This document shows positions 1-12,040 of a DNA stretch of 42,137 nt, one piece after another (position 1 is the first letter of the stretch; every line of letters starts with the position of its first letter). The DNA is from Sphaeroforma arctica JP610 (taxonomy: Eukaryota): contig NW_014040394.1 of the NCBI RefSeq assembly GCF_001186125.1, forward strand, positions 86,761 through 128,897, written 5' to 3'. Made by a program: the position numbers and the translations under genes. The notes under the pieces were generated by a model. That model had not been told where the DNA came from. It saw nothing but the letters and a program-made list of their open reading frames with translations, and ran no database searches.

Positions 1-643
1 CAAGATGCATCTCATTTCCAAGCGCTCTGAGCGCCATTGTAGAATCTATCAGTGGATTCACGTTGTACTCAAATCAATCGCCCTTGTGTGGTACTGTAGT
101 GTTTGTTACCTCTACTGACAGATGTCTATTTTTAACTGCTAATGTTGGCCTTCCTACCCAGTTGAATCGCGAACAAACAAACCTAACTCAATGCTTTCTT
201 TTATTGAAAGAAAAAAAGAGGTCAATCTGTATATAAGACATAGACACTTGCACCTACTTCGAGGCTCCCATCCCAAATAGAGCTTTGTATACTCACCTTG
301 ACCGTTATCTTTTAATCGTATCACCCCTTGTGGCAATCGATACGGAAGGTATTGAATTAAGGGTTCATGTGTTGTATACGTACCAACCACTTCATAAGAA
401 AAACCATGCAAATTAACATAAGCGGCGATATGACTTCACGCCAGCCCAACAGAAACACAGAGTGTCAGAACACACGTGACCATTCCACCCACGCGTAAAT
501 TGCTCACGGAACGACAGTCCACATATGCATATACTTGTACAAAGATTACTATATTCCAGAGTCCACATACACTTGTACAAACATTCCCTTATTCCTAAGT
601 CCACATGCACTTATACAAACATTTCCTTATTCTATCCGCACAG

Positions 644-2476
644 ACCACTATGTGAAGAAAGAGAGACCCACACAAATATACGACATCATTGAGACGTTGC
701 TGCCGCGTGCGCGTTGCGACTGCGAACCGCCAGAACACAGTGGCAAACTACTCGAATTGTAAGCAAGCCCCTCCTGTGCGGTGGTGCATTAAGTATATGC
801 GTAGAAACGTATTCGTTATTCGTAACTTGCTGGGCACCTGATTGGTGGAACTTGCACGTATGCGTTCATACACGAAAGTGGGTGTCACTGGGCTGGTTGT
901 ACAGGCATGAAATGCCTTATACCAAGCGAGACAAACATCAGAAGAACAAGCGGTGACCAAACTCTATAGCGTCGATCACTGTGCGATGTTTTCTTCGGTG
1001 TGTGTGGGAGGGCTGTCGCTGCCCGGCGCAGCCAATCTTCACTATTCTATAGTGTGTGCCTGTGTGTTGCATGTTTTAGTATGTCGTGTGTGCCTGTGTG
1101 TTGCATGTTTTCAGTATGTAGTGTGTGCCTGTGTGTTGCATGTTTTCAGTATGTCGTGTGTGACTGTGTGTTGCATGTTTTCAGTATGCCGTGTTAGTCT
1201 GCGTGTTGTATGTTTTTAGTATGTCGTGTGTGACTGTGTGTTGCATGTTTTCAGTATGTCGTGTGTGTCTGTGTGATGCATATTTTCAGTATGTCGTGTG
1301 CGACTGTGTGTTGCATGTTTTCAGTATCTCGTGTGTGCCTGTGTGTTGCATGTTTTCAATATGTTGTGTGTGACTGCGTGTTGCATGTTTTCAGTATGTC
1401 GTGTGTGACTGTGTGTTGCATGTTTTCAGTATGTCGTTTGTGACTGTGTGTTGCATATCTTCAATATGTAGTGTGTGACTGTGTGTTGCATGTTTACAGT
1501 ATGTCGTGTGTGACTGTGTTGCATGTTTTCAGTAAGTCGTGTGTGACTGTGTGTTGCATGTCTTCAGTATGTAGTGTGTGACTGTGTGTTGCATGTTTTC
1601 AGTATGTCGTGTGTGACTTTGTTGCATATTTTCAGTAAGTCGTGTGTGACTGTGTGTTGCATGTCTTCTGTATGTCTTGTGTGACTGTGTGTTGCATGTC
1701 TTCGGTATGCAGTGTGTGTTCCTGTTGTTTCCACGTACTGTATTAGTGCATGCTGTATGGATCGTGCAGCAGTTATCGCGTTTTGAGGGCCAGCCATTAT
1801 GTAGTGTATGTCCCTGCGGGGTTTGTGCACGACATTATCATATACCGGGAATATATGTGATACGAATTAATGTTTTTATAGTTCTCGGATATGATACGAA
1901 TCAATGTTTTTATAGTTCGGTATTTAAAGATTTTTTCTTTTCTTTTCTCCGAGGATATAACATGAATGGTGTGGTAGATTCGTTTCAACCGGGTTTAAAC
2001 ACAGTCTTTACGGCGTTTACATGGGCATCGACTTCAGTGAAGTGTACGACATCACACACTGCATTGACACGCACTACTATTAATTCCTTGTGTCCTGTGT
2101 CGGTTGTACCGCACTTCTGCTTTGCGCATCTCATTATTTTTGTACCAGATCGTAGCTCGATTCATATATGGCAGGTAGGCAAGTAGTTGAAATTCGCGCT
2201 TCAGACTGGTGACCCACAGTACGAAGGGTTTGTTCTGAATCTTCAATTGAGATATGCGCTCCTTGATAAGCTCTGCATTCCTAGTCACCATTGGCATTCT
2301 TGATGAGATCTTTGCATTCCTAATCCAGATCTGCCATTCTCATCCAAATTCACATTCTTAAACAAGATCTGCGTTTTTATTCATTCATTGCTCCATACTT
2401 TCAATGCAGATGGGGACCGCGCACGCCGAGGGCGGGATGGACAATTGTCACAGACACCTCACAAGACGTACGATGA
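644..2476 (+). CDS. MT-A70 family (N6-adenine methyltransferase-like) protein, last two exons only; resembles the MTA9/AMT6-7 type; 5' part lies outside the window
   Basis: Exons 644-758 (cacag|..|gtaagc) and 2410-2476 (tgcag|..TGA) join in phase 2 to give HYVKKERPTQIYDIIETLLPRARCDCEPPEHSGKLLELWGPRTPRAGWTIVTDTSQDVR*. This matches the MT-A70 C-terminal pattern [K/R]PxxxYxxIExxxP...LEL[F/W]G....RxGW. Confidence 0.75.
1052..1715. repeat. Minisatellite, ~35-bp unit (tgtgtgttgcatgttttcagtatgtcgtgtgtgac), about 19 copies, inside the MT-A70 gene intron
   Basis: Tandem unit is directly visible and explains the Cys/Val-rich ORFs at 953-1443. Confidence 0.95.
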
Positions 2477-2659
2477 GCCTCTCTCCCTGATGTTAGTTAA
2501 ATATGTAGACTCAGGCTGGTGTATATAGACACCAACGGTTTTACTTTATTGGTAGGTATCAGCCAAGGACATACCGTTTCGAACCGAGACTCAAAATTAA
2601 ACGGAACCTTACCGGTTCAGATATAAAATGCCGGCAACCACTCTATCGCACTACTGGTA

Positions 2660-3545
2660 TCAATGAAGGACTATCTCTTTTATATCGACGTAGTGAGCGA
2701 CTACCGTACTACTGGAATCAGCACGGGACACTGCATTGGGACTTAACGGAATATGCATGCCTATCTGGTGCGCACTTGTATAAAGTCGGCAACTACTGTG
2801 TGAATACCTAGGATCAACGAAGAGCACTACATAAGATTTTATAGAAACGCCATACCTATCTAGTTTAGACGCAGAAAAACAACAGCTGTTGTATTGTATC
2901 ACTGGATTAATCAATATCAACCAACACTGACAGTGAAGTTATAAGTATCTGGTTCAGGTATAAGATCAGATTGCCACTGTTTTACTGCTGCACATGATAC
3001 AGGACACTGTATTACGCACACAAGTGTTGACTTACATATACGTATAGATATAAAACAATACTCGTACGGATAACGTATAGCGGTGCTAGCCAAAGGTTGT
3101 ATTCGTGCAAAAAAACGCTATACGATTGTGTAAGCGATTGAAGTTGTGTGCCATCATAGTGCACAGATGCCTCCTTGAACGATGCCTCGGGCCCTTTGTC
3201 AGAGTCAATTATGCTCAGAAAACGAATGTGATCCTCTGGTCCGCCCAAGAATGAGCCCACGAGTGCTTCATCGCTCTCTGTGCCGTCGACGTCTTCCCAT
3301 GAACGCGAGCCCCACAGACGACACCCGTCCTGTTGGAGGTCAAGAGCGCTAGTCGAATTGTAGAGCATCTCAGATTTACCAGTTTTATAAAAGTATCTAT
3401 GCACTTTGTGCGGCTTGGCCACCCATCTACCGGATATGTCCGGATGGGATGCGGACGAATCGGCTTCGACTGGCGCTGCAGCTACACACATATCGGAGGG
3501 TCCGAGTGCAGCTAGTGCCACGGAGATGATTGAAGCGATGCGCAT
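2660..3545 (-). CDS. Hypothetical secreted protein with N-terminal signal peptide; downstream exon structure tentative
   Basis: ATG at 3545 begins MRIASIISVALAALG (hydrophobic leader), followed by globular-looking sequence (DISGRW...LDLQQDGCRLWGSRSW...EALVGSF). Possible further exons are ~2932-2987 (VKQWQSDLIPEPDTYNFT|gtcagt) and ~2660-2764 (IGMHIPLSP...KEIVLH*). Confidence 0.5.
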
Positions 3546-4823
3546 AGTGTTTGTGTATTAAGAAATCGATGGTACGCAAGCTTTCATGTGTGAGTCAGTT
3601 TATATACTACTTTATTTATTCAGTTTCAAGCAAGTTCTATTTGGAAGTTGGACAAGTGTCCAAACGAGGTACATTCGTGTGCGCCACTAATAATCGATTT
3701 ACCAGATTGGTCAAGATAAATATTTGGGCTTTGGGGTTGTTGGAAAAGAAAGTATCAATCTGTGTACATCTGCATTGCAAATTTGCTATTACACTATTAA
3801 AGTCTTTGTAAAATTGTATTATATACATAGCATCAATTATATCATGTATATGTACATCTGTAAAGTTGTACACGCTGATCGAATGATCGAATGATCCAGT
3901 GATCTCTGTACACAGATTCGGAATTTATTGTTTGGTGATTGTTCGCTGATGTGATATGATTAGCCAATAGAAACACACAACTATTTTTAGAGACATATTT
4001 CATTCAGATTCCTGTCTCCTGAATGGCTGAATACAGAATACTCAACTCCTAAGAATTCAGATCCCGATCTCAATGGAATTACAAAATACAATATGTACAT
4101 AGCATCCACCCCAAGAATGTTTTAGTGATATGTGTTGCGTGATTACTGAAAACTCAACTTGAAACCATGTAATACCTGATACCCGTCACAGAGACAGACT
4201 GGCAGAAGCTACAGGCTACAGACTGGTCATTTTTATATTCTGGAAGCGGCGTTTTAAAATAAAATAAAACATTCTATTCACGTGTCAGACATCACCATTC
4301 CTTTTTCTCCGGACTCTCGAGTTTCGACGCAACAACCCTTTCCTTGTAGTAGCAAAAATCATTTTGCACGGAGTGACTACGCATCTTTTTGAACAGATAA
4401 AAGCATCACAATTGGATTGGAATGAAATTTCTTAGCGTGGCGGTGACAGCGCGAAGGATGCCGTTGTTGGAATGAGTGACCACCTATCACAGAAATAAAA
4501 GCGTTTGATTTTAAAAGATTTCTTACCGCGCGACTAGCCGATCGATTAATTGTTTATACTTCGGGCAGGACTAGCAGATGAATCATTTTAATCAAGGCTA
4601 GATTGGTCAGTGCTTCTACAAAAATTGGCAATTCAGTATCTGAAGTCCTTCGGACGATAGTTCAATCCCCCATATTTTTGTTCTATTTCTGTTTTTCTTC
4701 AAGAGAGGGTAATGATCTGAAGGTAGCAACCAGACTCCGTTGCTGAAGTGGCTAACAAAGAAAATTGCTGTAAATTGGTGACAACAACGATCGACCTCCA
4801 TGGGCCTGCGATTGGAAACTAGC

Positions 4824-4998
4824 AATCCGTAAAGCCATTCGGTTTATAGTCCGCGAAGCCATTCGGTTTATAGTCCGCGAAGCCATTTTGTGTATAGTCC
4901 GTGAAGCCATTTAATTTATAATCCGTGAAGCCATTTGGTTTATAATCCGTAAAGCCCTTTGGTTTATAATCCGTAAAGCCATTTGGTTTATAATCTGT
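4824..4998. repeat. 24-bp tandem repeat, about 7 copies; reads (DYKPNGFT)n on the minus strand
   Basis: Unit ccgtaaagccatttggtttataat repeats without indels within ORF 4819-5088. Confidence 0.9.
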
Positions 4999-5125
4999 GA
5001 TGCTGTTTATCTTGAGAGTGCACCTGCCCCTTGAGAGTTGTCTGACTATGGAATCGCTGTAGTACACAAATTTGGATTTCGCTTGCAACAGGCTGGTTTT
5101 TCATATATATTTATGACAACAAACT

Positions 5126-5450
5126 AGCACGTTTTATAGCACTCGAACAATGTTTAAAAAAATTATACGATGTGGAACGGTGGTTTGGCTTTAAAACGCG
5201 TAGCATTTTATGATTGATCTTCAAATTAAGCGAGTTATTCGTGTACCACGCCTCACATGATCACGCGCCTATGATAAGATAATGCAGCACGTTTTATAGC
5301 ACTCGAACATTGTTTAAAAAAATTATACGATGTGGAACGGTGGTTTGGCTTTAAAACGCGTAGCACTATATGATTGATCTTCAAATTAAGCGAGTTATTC
5401 GTGTACCACGCCTCACATGATCACGCGCCTATGATAAGATAATGCAGCAC
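5126..5450. repeat. Near-perfect 160-bp tandem duplication
   Basis: 5126-5285 is repeated at 5286-5445 with about 3 substitutions; agcac occurs at 5126, 5286 and 5446. Confidence 0.95.
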
Positions 5451-6594
5451 AAATCCTCTGTTTATTCTATTCCATCAGCGGATTAATATCGATAAAGAAT
5501 ATCGAAACCCAAGAAGTATGAATACGTACACAGCAGTCTGTTTTTAGTTTATATATGCAATACCAGCAAAATATTGAAGTTTGGCATAACGAACCGCTTG
5601 AACCTCACAATTTAATCACTCAAGTTTGGCACACGTTTGCTCGCATAAAAAGCATGTAGCTGTATTGTAAGCCCACCTTATTTGTGCCTAAAATTTATTT
5701 TGATATCTCTAATTCATTCTGAAAGTTTGAAATACACTGTAAACACCGCAACAGAATATGAACATCATAAAACTGAACATGTGCATATCGGGGTTATAGG
5801 AAGCATAGTAGGTGTGAGTGATTGTGTTCTATGTGTCGTGTGTCTATATGTGCGTGTGTGTATATATACATATGTATGTGTTAATGTACGTATGCATTTG
5901 CATTTTCTTCTCAAAGCATGGTGTCGATCCCTTCAGGCTGGCTTGTATCCTCAGGCTAAACACTTCTGTGCTTGTAAGCCCACCAGGATTTATATTTGCG
6001 ATGCTGAACGCAGCCAGCCCAGATAGTCGGCGCAACGGGTGACATCAAACTTCCGAAACAAAGCTAGATCTAAAAATAGAATAGGCAATGAAAATAAAGA
6101 CAGATGTATTAGTGCAAACAAGACGAGTGTGGTAGCCAACATGAACTCTCAGAAAATGGCGGTACACCAGAAAACATAAGAACGTAATTAGTTAAGACTA
6201 ATAAACGCAGTCTACACACATGTCCCACATATATAGCTGTGGTATATTTTTACCGATCCAGTACAACAACTACTAAAAGGAATATAGAAAAATTCTGTAA
6301 TACACTCGCACCTCACACTAACTGCACATGGGCGTTGCAGAGTGCTGGTTGGTGACGAACAAGTATCGGAGCCCCCCTTACTGTCGCCGCCATTTTGAGC
6401 CAACGGGACGTAAGAATACAGTCGCCGCCGGTTTCAGTTGACGGCCAAGTACAGTGACATATATTGCACAAACTGTCACTCACACACAGACACACCAAGG
6501 CAATCTATACGCATATAACCTCAACATTACACATAATTCGACAGACAGGTACCTATCTCGGTTCCAACTGCGACCGTCTGTGTACACGTACCCT

Positions 6595-9500
6595 CTATTC
6601 CAGTTCATCCTCAGCCTTTTGCTCGGGGGATGGGGTAGACTTGTTCTTCATATTCTCGGTGGCCTTCTTCTGCTCAGCCAGCTTCTTCTCTAGGTGTTCC
6701 ATGGACAGCTTCGGTTGAGGTACCTCTGGCACACACTTGCCACACATGCAGTCGAAGGCAAAGGCTTTTTTCAGCTCAGCGCGACGTTCCTCAGTTTTCT
6801 GTATGAGTGTCGAGGTATTTAGGGTTTAAAATATAAAATTTTCTGTTTAGAGTGGTATTTGGGGTTAAGAGTTTGAAGTATTTTGTTTGAGTGGTAGGCT
6901 ATTGAGTCATCAGATGACAGGAGGCGAAAAGTACCTACACATTAAAGCATGCACATATAGATACACACGCACATATACCAATACTCCAAACACCTCGAAA
7001 AAAAACACGCTAGGAAATGCAACTTGATAACTGTTTTGTCAAACATACGTCCCACATATATATATATATTTCCATAACTAGATGCGTGCTCTTGTATGAT
7101 GTGATGTTGGATGCACTTCACGAAGGACGACGCATAGACTGGGGTTGCACTGGCACGTCCCATACATAAATAAATATATCCCGCGTATGCAAAGAGATAT
7201 GAAGTGTTTGATTTGGCGAGTACAAATTTAACAAACATTTACGGGGACCTAATTGCACACACACTTGCATACTAATTCGACAACAATGTATACGAAAGTG
7301 GAACATAGGCGAGGACTGAGCAGAGCATATGACGCTATAGCTCATGTCGATGTATGTAGAGAATGGGGATTCGAAACATAAGTCTAAAGATACCACACTC
7401 CAAAAGCGTTATATGTATTGTTCACCACGGCGCAGGTGTATGTGCGAATGCGCAAGCAGAAGTCGAACTGTTCGGTATATGTGCAGACACGCTCCATCAT
7501 GGAACTATGATCTGCTTTATATCCAGGGGGGTTTAGGACGTTTGAGGGTTTGTTCTTAGGTACAGTCTATATACTTGTGGAAGGCAACCATGTACCACCA
7601 AATACTTACTCTAGCACGCATATACCACCCAGTACTTAGTCCGAGACATATACATTCTCCACCATCCATACCTTCATGCTGAATCCGTTGTATGCGAAGC
7701 AGACCTCGTCACCGGCCTTGATCGCCTTGCGAGCCGTGTACTGGATCTGATTCGTCTTTTTGACAAAGCTAATCTTCACGTTGGGGTCGCACGAGTGGTT
7801 CATAAAGCTTCCTGCGAGGTACACGGCGTGTCCAGACTTCACCATCAGTCCCTTGGGGTTGGGGTGGGTGGTGAACGGGATCGCGTTACGCTTGATCTTA
7901 CTCAGCATCGCCGTGTAACTATCCAGGGTCAGGATCTGCTCGGCCTGCTCCACCTTGGCCGTTAGCACTGGCAGCAGCAGCGCAAACTCCTTTTTGACCA
8001 TCTCATTGGGTGCGGGGAGGGGCTCGTCGAACGACAGGTGAGCGATGTCCGCGGTGCAGTCGCGTACGGGCTTGGGGTTGAACACCTGGGCGAGGGCTTT
8101 ACCTACCATCAGCACCTCTTTGCGGCCGGTGGACTTGGTGTGTGCTACGAGCATGGCCATCGGGTCGGTGGGATCGGAGAACTTGGCTATAAATAGAATG
8201 GGATAAAATAAGTCGTACGGCGGATGAGCGATCCAGGACAGGTGTGTATTTTGGCTGGGAATTAGTGTTCGGTACGTTTAGTATCCATACATATAGATGT
8301 ATGACATGCATATATGTTCAATCACGTGCTGATTGTAGAGCACCACAGCACAAAGAAATAACACGCGCGCTGTTGAAAGTACTTCACTAAGGAAGACGCA
8401 GAGACTGGTGATGCACGTTTTAACACGTCCATAAAGCCACACTCGCACTAAGACAAAGATAAGTTAAATGATTGATCTGGCACACGCACGCATACCAAGC
8501 AAAGTACTCAAGCTCATTGTGTGCACACAAAAGACCAAACCGAGTACAGGCGTCTCAGCTCATGTCTCACAATATGGGGTATACGGCGAACAACTCACTA
8601 TCACGTGAATCATCTGAGAACACATTATGTGCAATTAAAACGCCAATGGGACATGTATAGGGGGGGCAACAATGTATAGGGGGGGCAACACGGCCAGGAA
8701 TTGGTCAAGACACACTTTATAGCTAGCACTCATATATAGAATCGACAAGACCCCCCGATGACTGATCACAACCAACGACTAACGCCACACTTCCAGCCAC
8801 CTTATCAGAAAACTGTGTTATCACGGTGTGTCACGCCACACTTTCAGCCACCTTATCAGAAAACCGTGTTATCACGGTGTGTCAACGTTTACTGCAGTTA
8901 AATTTTGCAATATAGCACAAACATACCTCCAGAACAAAGGATGGCGTGGTGGGATCCGAATGCGACATCGCGGCAATCGGTGCTGCAGTAGAACTCCTGG
9001 CCACAGTTTTGCGCACAGGGAACCACATCAGTGATAACAATGGCACATCTACAAGTAGAGTGCGAGAAGGACTGAAAGTTAGTGACTATGATAGGTTGTA
9101 TGTGGAGAGTGAACACACAGCGAGTAAAGTTCGACGACATACAGTCCGCAATAACCGGCAGGATCCATATCCGGTAAGAGCGCGCTTAGGAAAGGCTTCT
9201 CGGTGTGGAATACATCACCCTCAGCAAAGTCCTTTACAGCGAACATGCAATTCTGTTTGTACTTGATATCCGTAGGCTCTACGCGCAGACCAGTATCCTC
9301 TCCAGGGAAGTTGTCGAAGTACTTGTCTCTGAGCACCTCTGGGTCAATCTTCTTAACCATAAGCTGATATATAAAAAACAAAACGGTGCATGATTAGTAT
9401 GTGTTTGGTGCATGGCTGACAACCGAGGTTCATGGTAAACTACTGTTCACCTCACTAACTATCAGTAATTACGTATGCACATCGATTTCTTCAGATACCC

Positions 9501-11482
9501 AAGAGATTCATGTCTATGTATACAGAATGCAACACCATTGTGAAGTATTTTGGTCGAGACCATGTGGCAGTGACTGATTTCTTATGATCCTAAAGCACAA
9601 CCACAGTTCCCAATTTAAGTCGAATGCTCGGTGCATTTTTTAGGCCCATAGCCCAACAGATAACGCAACATGATTTCTGAAATGTGAGACCGTCACTCCC
9701 GTGATTTCTATACACTAACACACACACATATATATTTATTTCGTATCACTAAACGGAAAAATAATCAGATTGCAATCTCGTATTCTGAGAACGATCGAGC
9801 CAGCCTCTTCGTCGAGCATATCTGATATGCTTGGATGATAATCCTTTTTAACAGATGCATAGTATGCATGAACTGAAACTTTACATACAATGCCACATTT
9901 CATATATAGGGTTTCAGGGTTTAAAACAATCTACACATATTTGTAGCCGTAAATATATCACGCTGGCACACAAGCACGTGTATTTATATGCTAATATAAC
10001 AAGGAAAGGCAAAGCACACATGTTTACACACCTTGAGGCATCGCCTTCACCGACATACACGAGCCTAAGCCATGAGCTAGACCTATTTCACACCACACTA
10101 CAACGAAAGACAATAATAATCGACCTGACAACCATTGCAAAGACATAGACCAATCGACTACTACAAACACTTCAACAAATGACCAGGTATTTATACTGCT
10201 GCCTATACAAATATTGTTATAAACATAATATAACCTTTATATAGGCGTAGCAACGCCAACCCCCAAGCACTCAACACATCGCACATACCGAGAACAACTC
10301 CTCGGGGATCGACTGCTTCAAATACACCAGGATATCAATCGGTGTCTCCGAAACCGTCACGGCGTTCGCAAAGTGTGTCGCGCATCCATCCAGATCTCCC
10401 TTGTTAAGCGCTTCTTGCCCAGCCTGCATCTGTGCCACAAAGAATGCGCCTACAGCATCCTTATCAGAGCTGGCAGCCGCTTCTGCGGCCTCGGCCTTTG
10501 CTGCTTCGGCCTCGGCCTTTGCTTTCTCTTTGAGTGCGGCGAGTGCGGCAATCTTAGCTTCGCGCGCCGCGGCTTTGCCTGTGGTGGGGGAACATTCAAT
10601 AATGAGACAGATGATAAGAATTCATATGTATGTATGTAATAAATATACGACGATACGTACATTCAAGGTTAGAAATACTCGCAAAGCAGCCTTTCTTCGT
10701 ATGGATTCACGTGATAAGAGATACCGATGTATGCCAATTGTCGGGGGCGGGGGGTGCGGTTAGAAACTATATACGAACGTTTGAACTACTACTCGAGGAA
10801 TTTTATGGTCTGCCTGCGCCCAGGACTGTGGGGCACTCAGACGAACATAATACATATATGTGTACATAGAGATCAAGGAGACCGTCTGTTATACGCAAAA
10901 AATGCACTTCTAAAAGAATACTAGGGCGCGTTTACGCACAAGTAGTTCCAGCAACATTTCTGACCGAATTGACTCCATTTGAGGATTAATTCCCCTGTGC
11001 AATGCTGGTATATGGTGTTCACTGAGACCGAAATATATCACAAAAATGTCCCGTATGACTATTTGGGACATCAAATAAAGAAATACATCCGTACATTCAA
11101 AAATACACCGTAGATGACTCAAACCATGTGAAAATATGTACTTACTCGTGCGGTGAATTATAGAACCACCACTGCAAATATCAAAAATGTCAACTTACAG
11201 ACAACAACGTATATCAAGGTCAACCTCCCTATGGCCGACACCATATTCCAGCCATGGCGTCGAATGTTCTTATAGATACAGTGCGCCACAGATAAACTAT
11301 CAACATGTGATAATTTTATGGTTACTTCACGACAAAGACGCCATGGTAAGCAATCAGACACGGGCAGTACATACGACTGTTAATTCAGAGTCTAGACTTA
11401 TCTATGTATAATAATGCAGAACCCCATCTTTTTACCAATTTACTACGCAAACACAAGTGTACACAACATACACATAGCGTAT

Positions 11483-11517
<35 letters not shown>

Positions 11518-11703
11518 CATTAGTATGATCGGGGGAGCGTATTGTAGGACGATTCACGAGTAGTGATTGCGAGCGAAGAGCGTCTCCTGATCTAGGGCTA
11601 ACTGATACTAGGGAATGGCTTGGCTATGCATAATAGGAAGCAGCTGGCGAGCTTTCTGCCACTCGTGACGAGAGTTTGCATCGGCGTCGTCGCTCGTCGT
11701 ACG

Positions 11704-11747
<44 letters not shown>

Positions 11748-12040
11748 GTATATATATATATTATAAATAAAATAACCGTTCCCGATCGTGATAGCCAAAT
11801 GTGCTATCGCGTCAGTCTACATCATCACAGTTATCCAGAACTAATATCAAATCTAGACTGCATACACATAGTGCAGAAGCGCATAGTCAAAGAAATCCTA
11901 TCGAAAATCCGAAGCGACATACGTGCTTTGACCTTCTTCCTGTATTCGGGGTCTGATGTGCGCACGTGATCCAGGTAAGCGATGGTACCCACAACGGCCA
12001 CAGCGGTGGCGGCTGCTACAGCAACTCCTTTATATGCCAT
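6595..12040 (-). CDS. TOM20: Tom20 (MAS20) mitochondrial import receptor fused to a MYND zinc finger / SET / post-SET (SMYD-like) module, 489 aa
   Basis: Exons 12040-11923, 10578-10289, 9363-9143, 9048-8927, 8186-7672 and 6798-6595; all GT-AG, phases 1,0,2,1,0, total 1470 nt. Tom20 part: TM anchor + YLDHVRTSDPEYRKK, then FFVAQMQAGQEALNKGDLDGCATHFANAVTVSETPIDILVYLKQSIPEELF. MYND: CGLC..CAQNC..YCSTDC..HHAILC. SET: FMNHSCDPN, IKAGDEVCFAY. Post-SET: FDCMCGKC. Confidence 0.9.
8782..8884. repeat. ~51-bp tandem duplication in a Tom20-SET intron
   Basis: acgccacactt[c/t]cagccaccttatcagaaaac[t/c]gtgttatcacggtgtgtc occurs twice. A 21-bp duplicate (atgtatagggggggcaac) lies nearby at ~8653-8690. Confidence 0.9.

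Noticed and set aside
953..1830. Cys/Val-rich and His/Thr-rich ORFs
   Set aside because: They are translations of the 35-bp intronic minisatellite, whose unit is not a multiple of three.
2401..2490. Possible minus-strand exon of the secreted protein
   Set aside because: Better explained as the plus-strand last exon of the MT-A70 gene (LELWG..RAGW, correct phase).
7636..8160. Stand-alone 174-aa SET protein
   Set aside because: It lacks the N-terminal SET half and post-SET, which lie in phase-compatible flanking exons; it is exon 5 of the fusion.
10373..10763. Plus-strand Ala-rich ORFs
   Set aside because: Antisense shadows of Tom20 exon 2.
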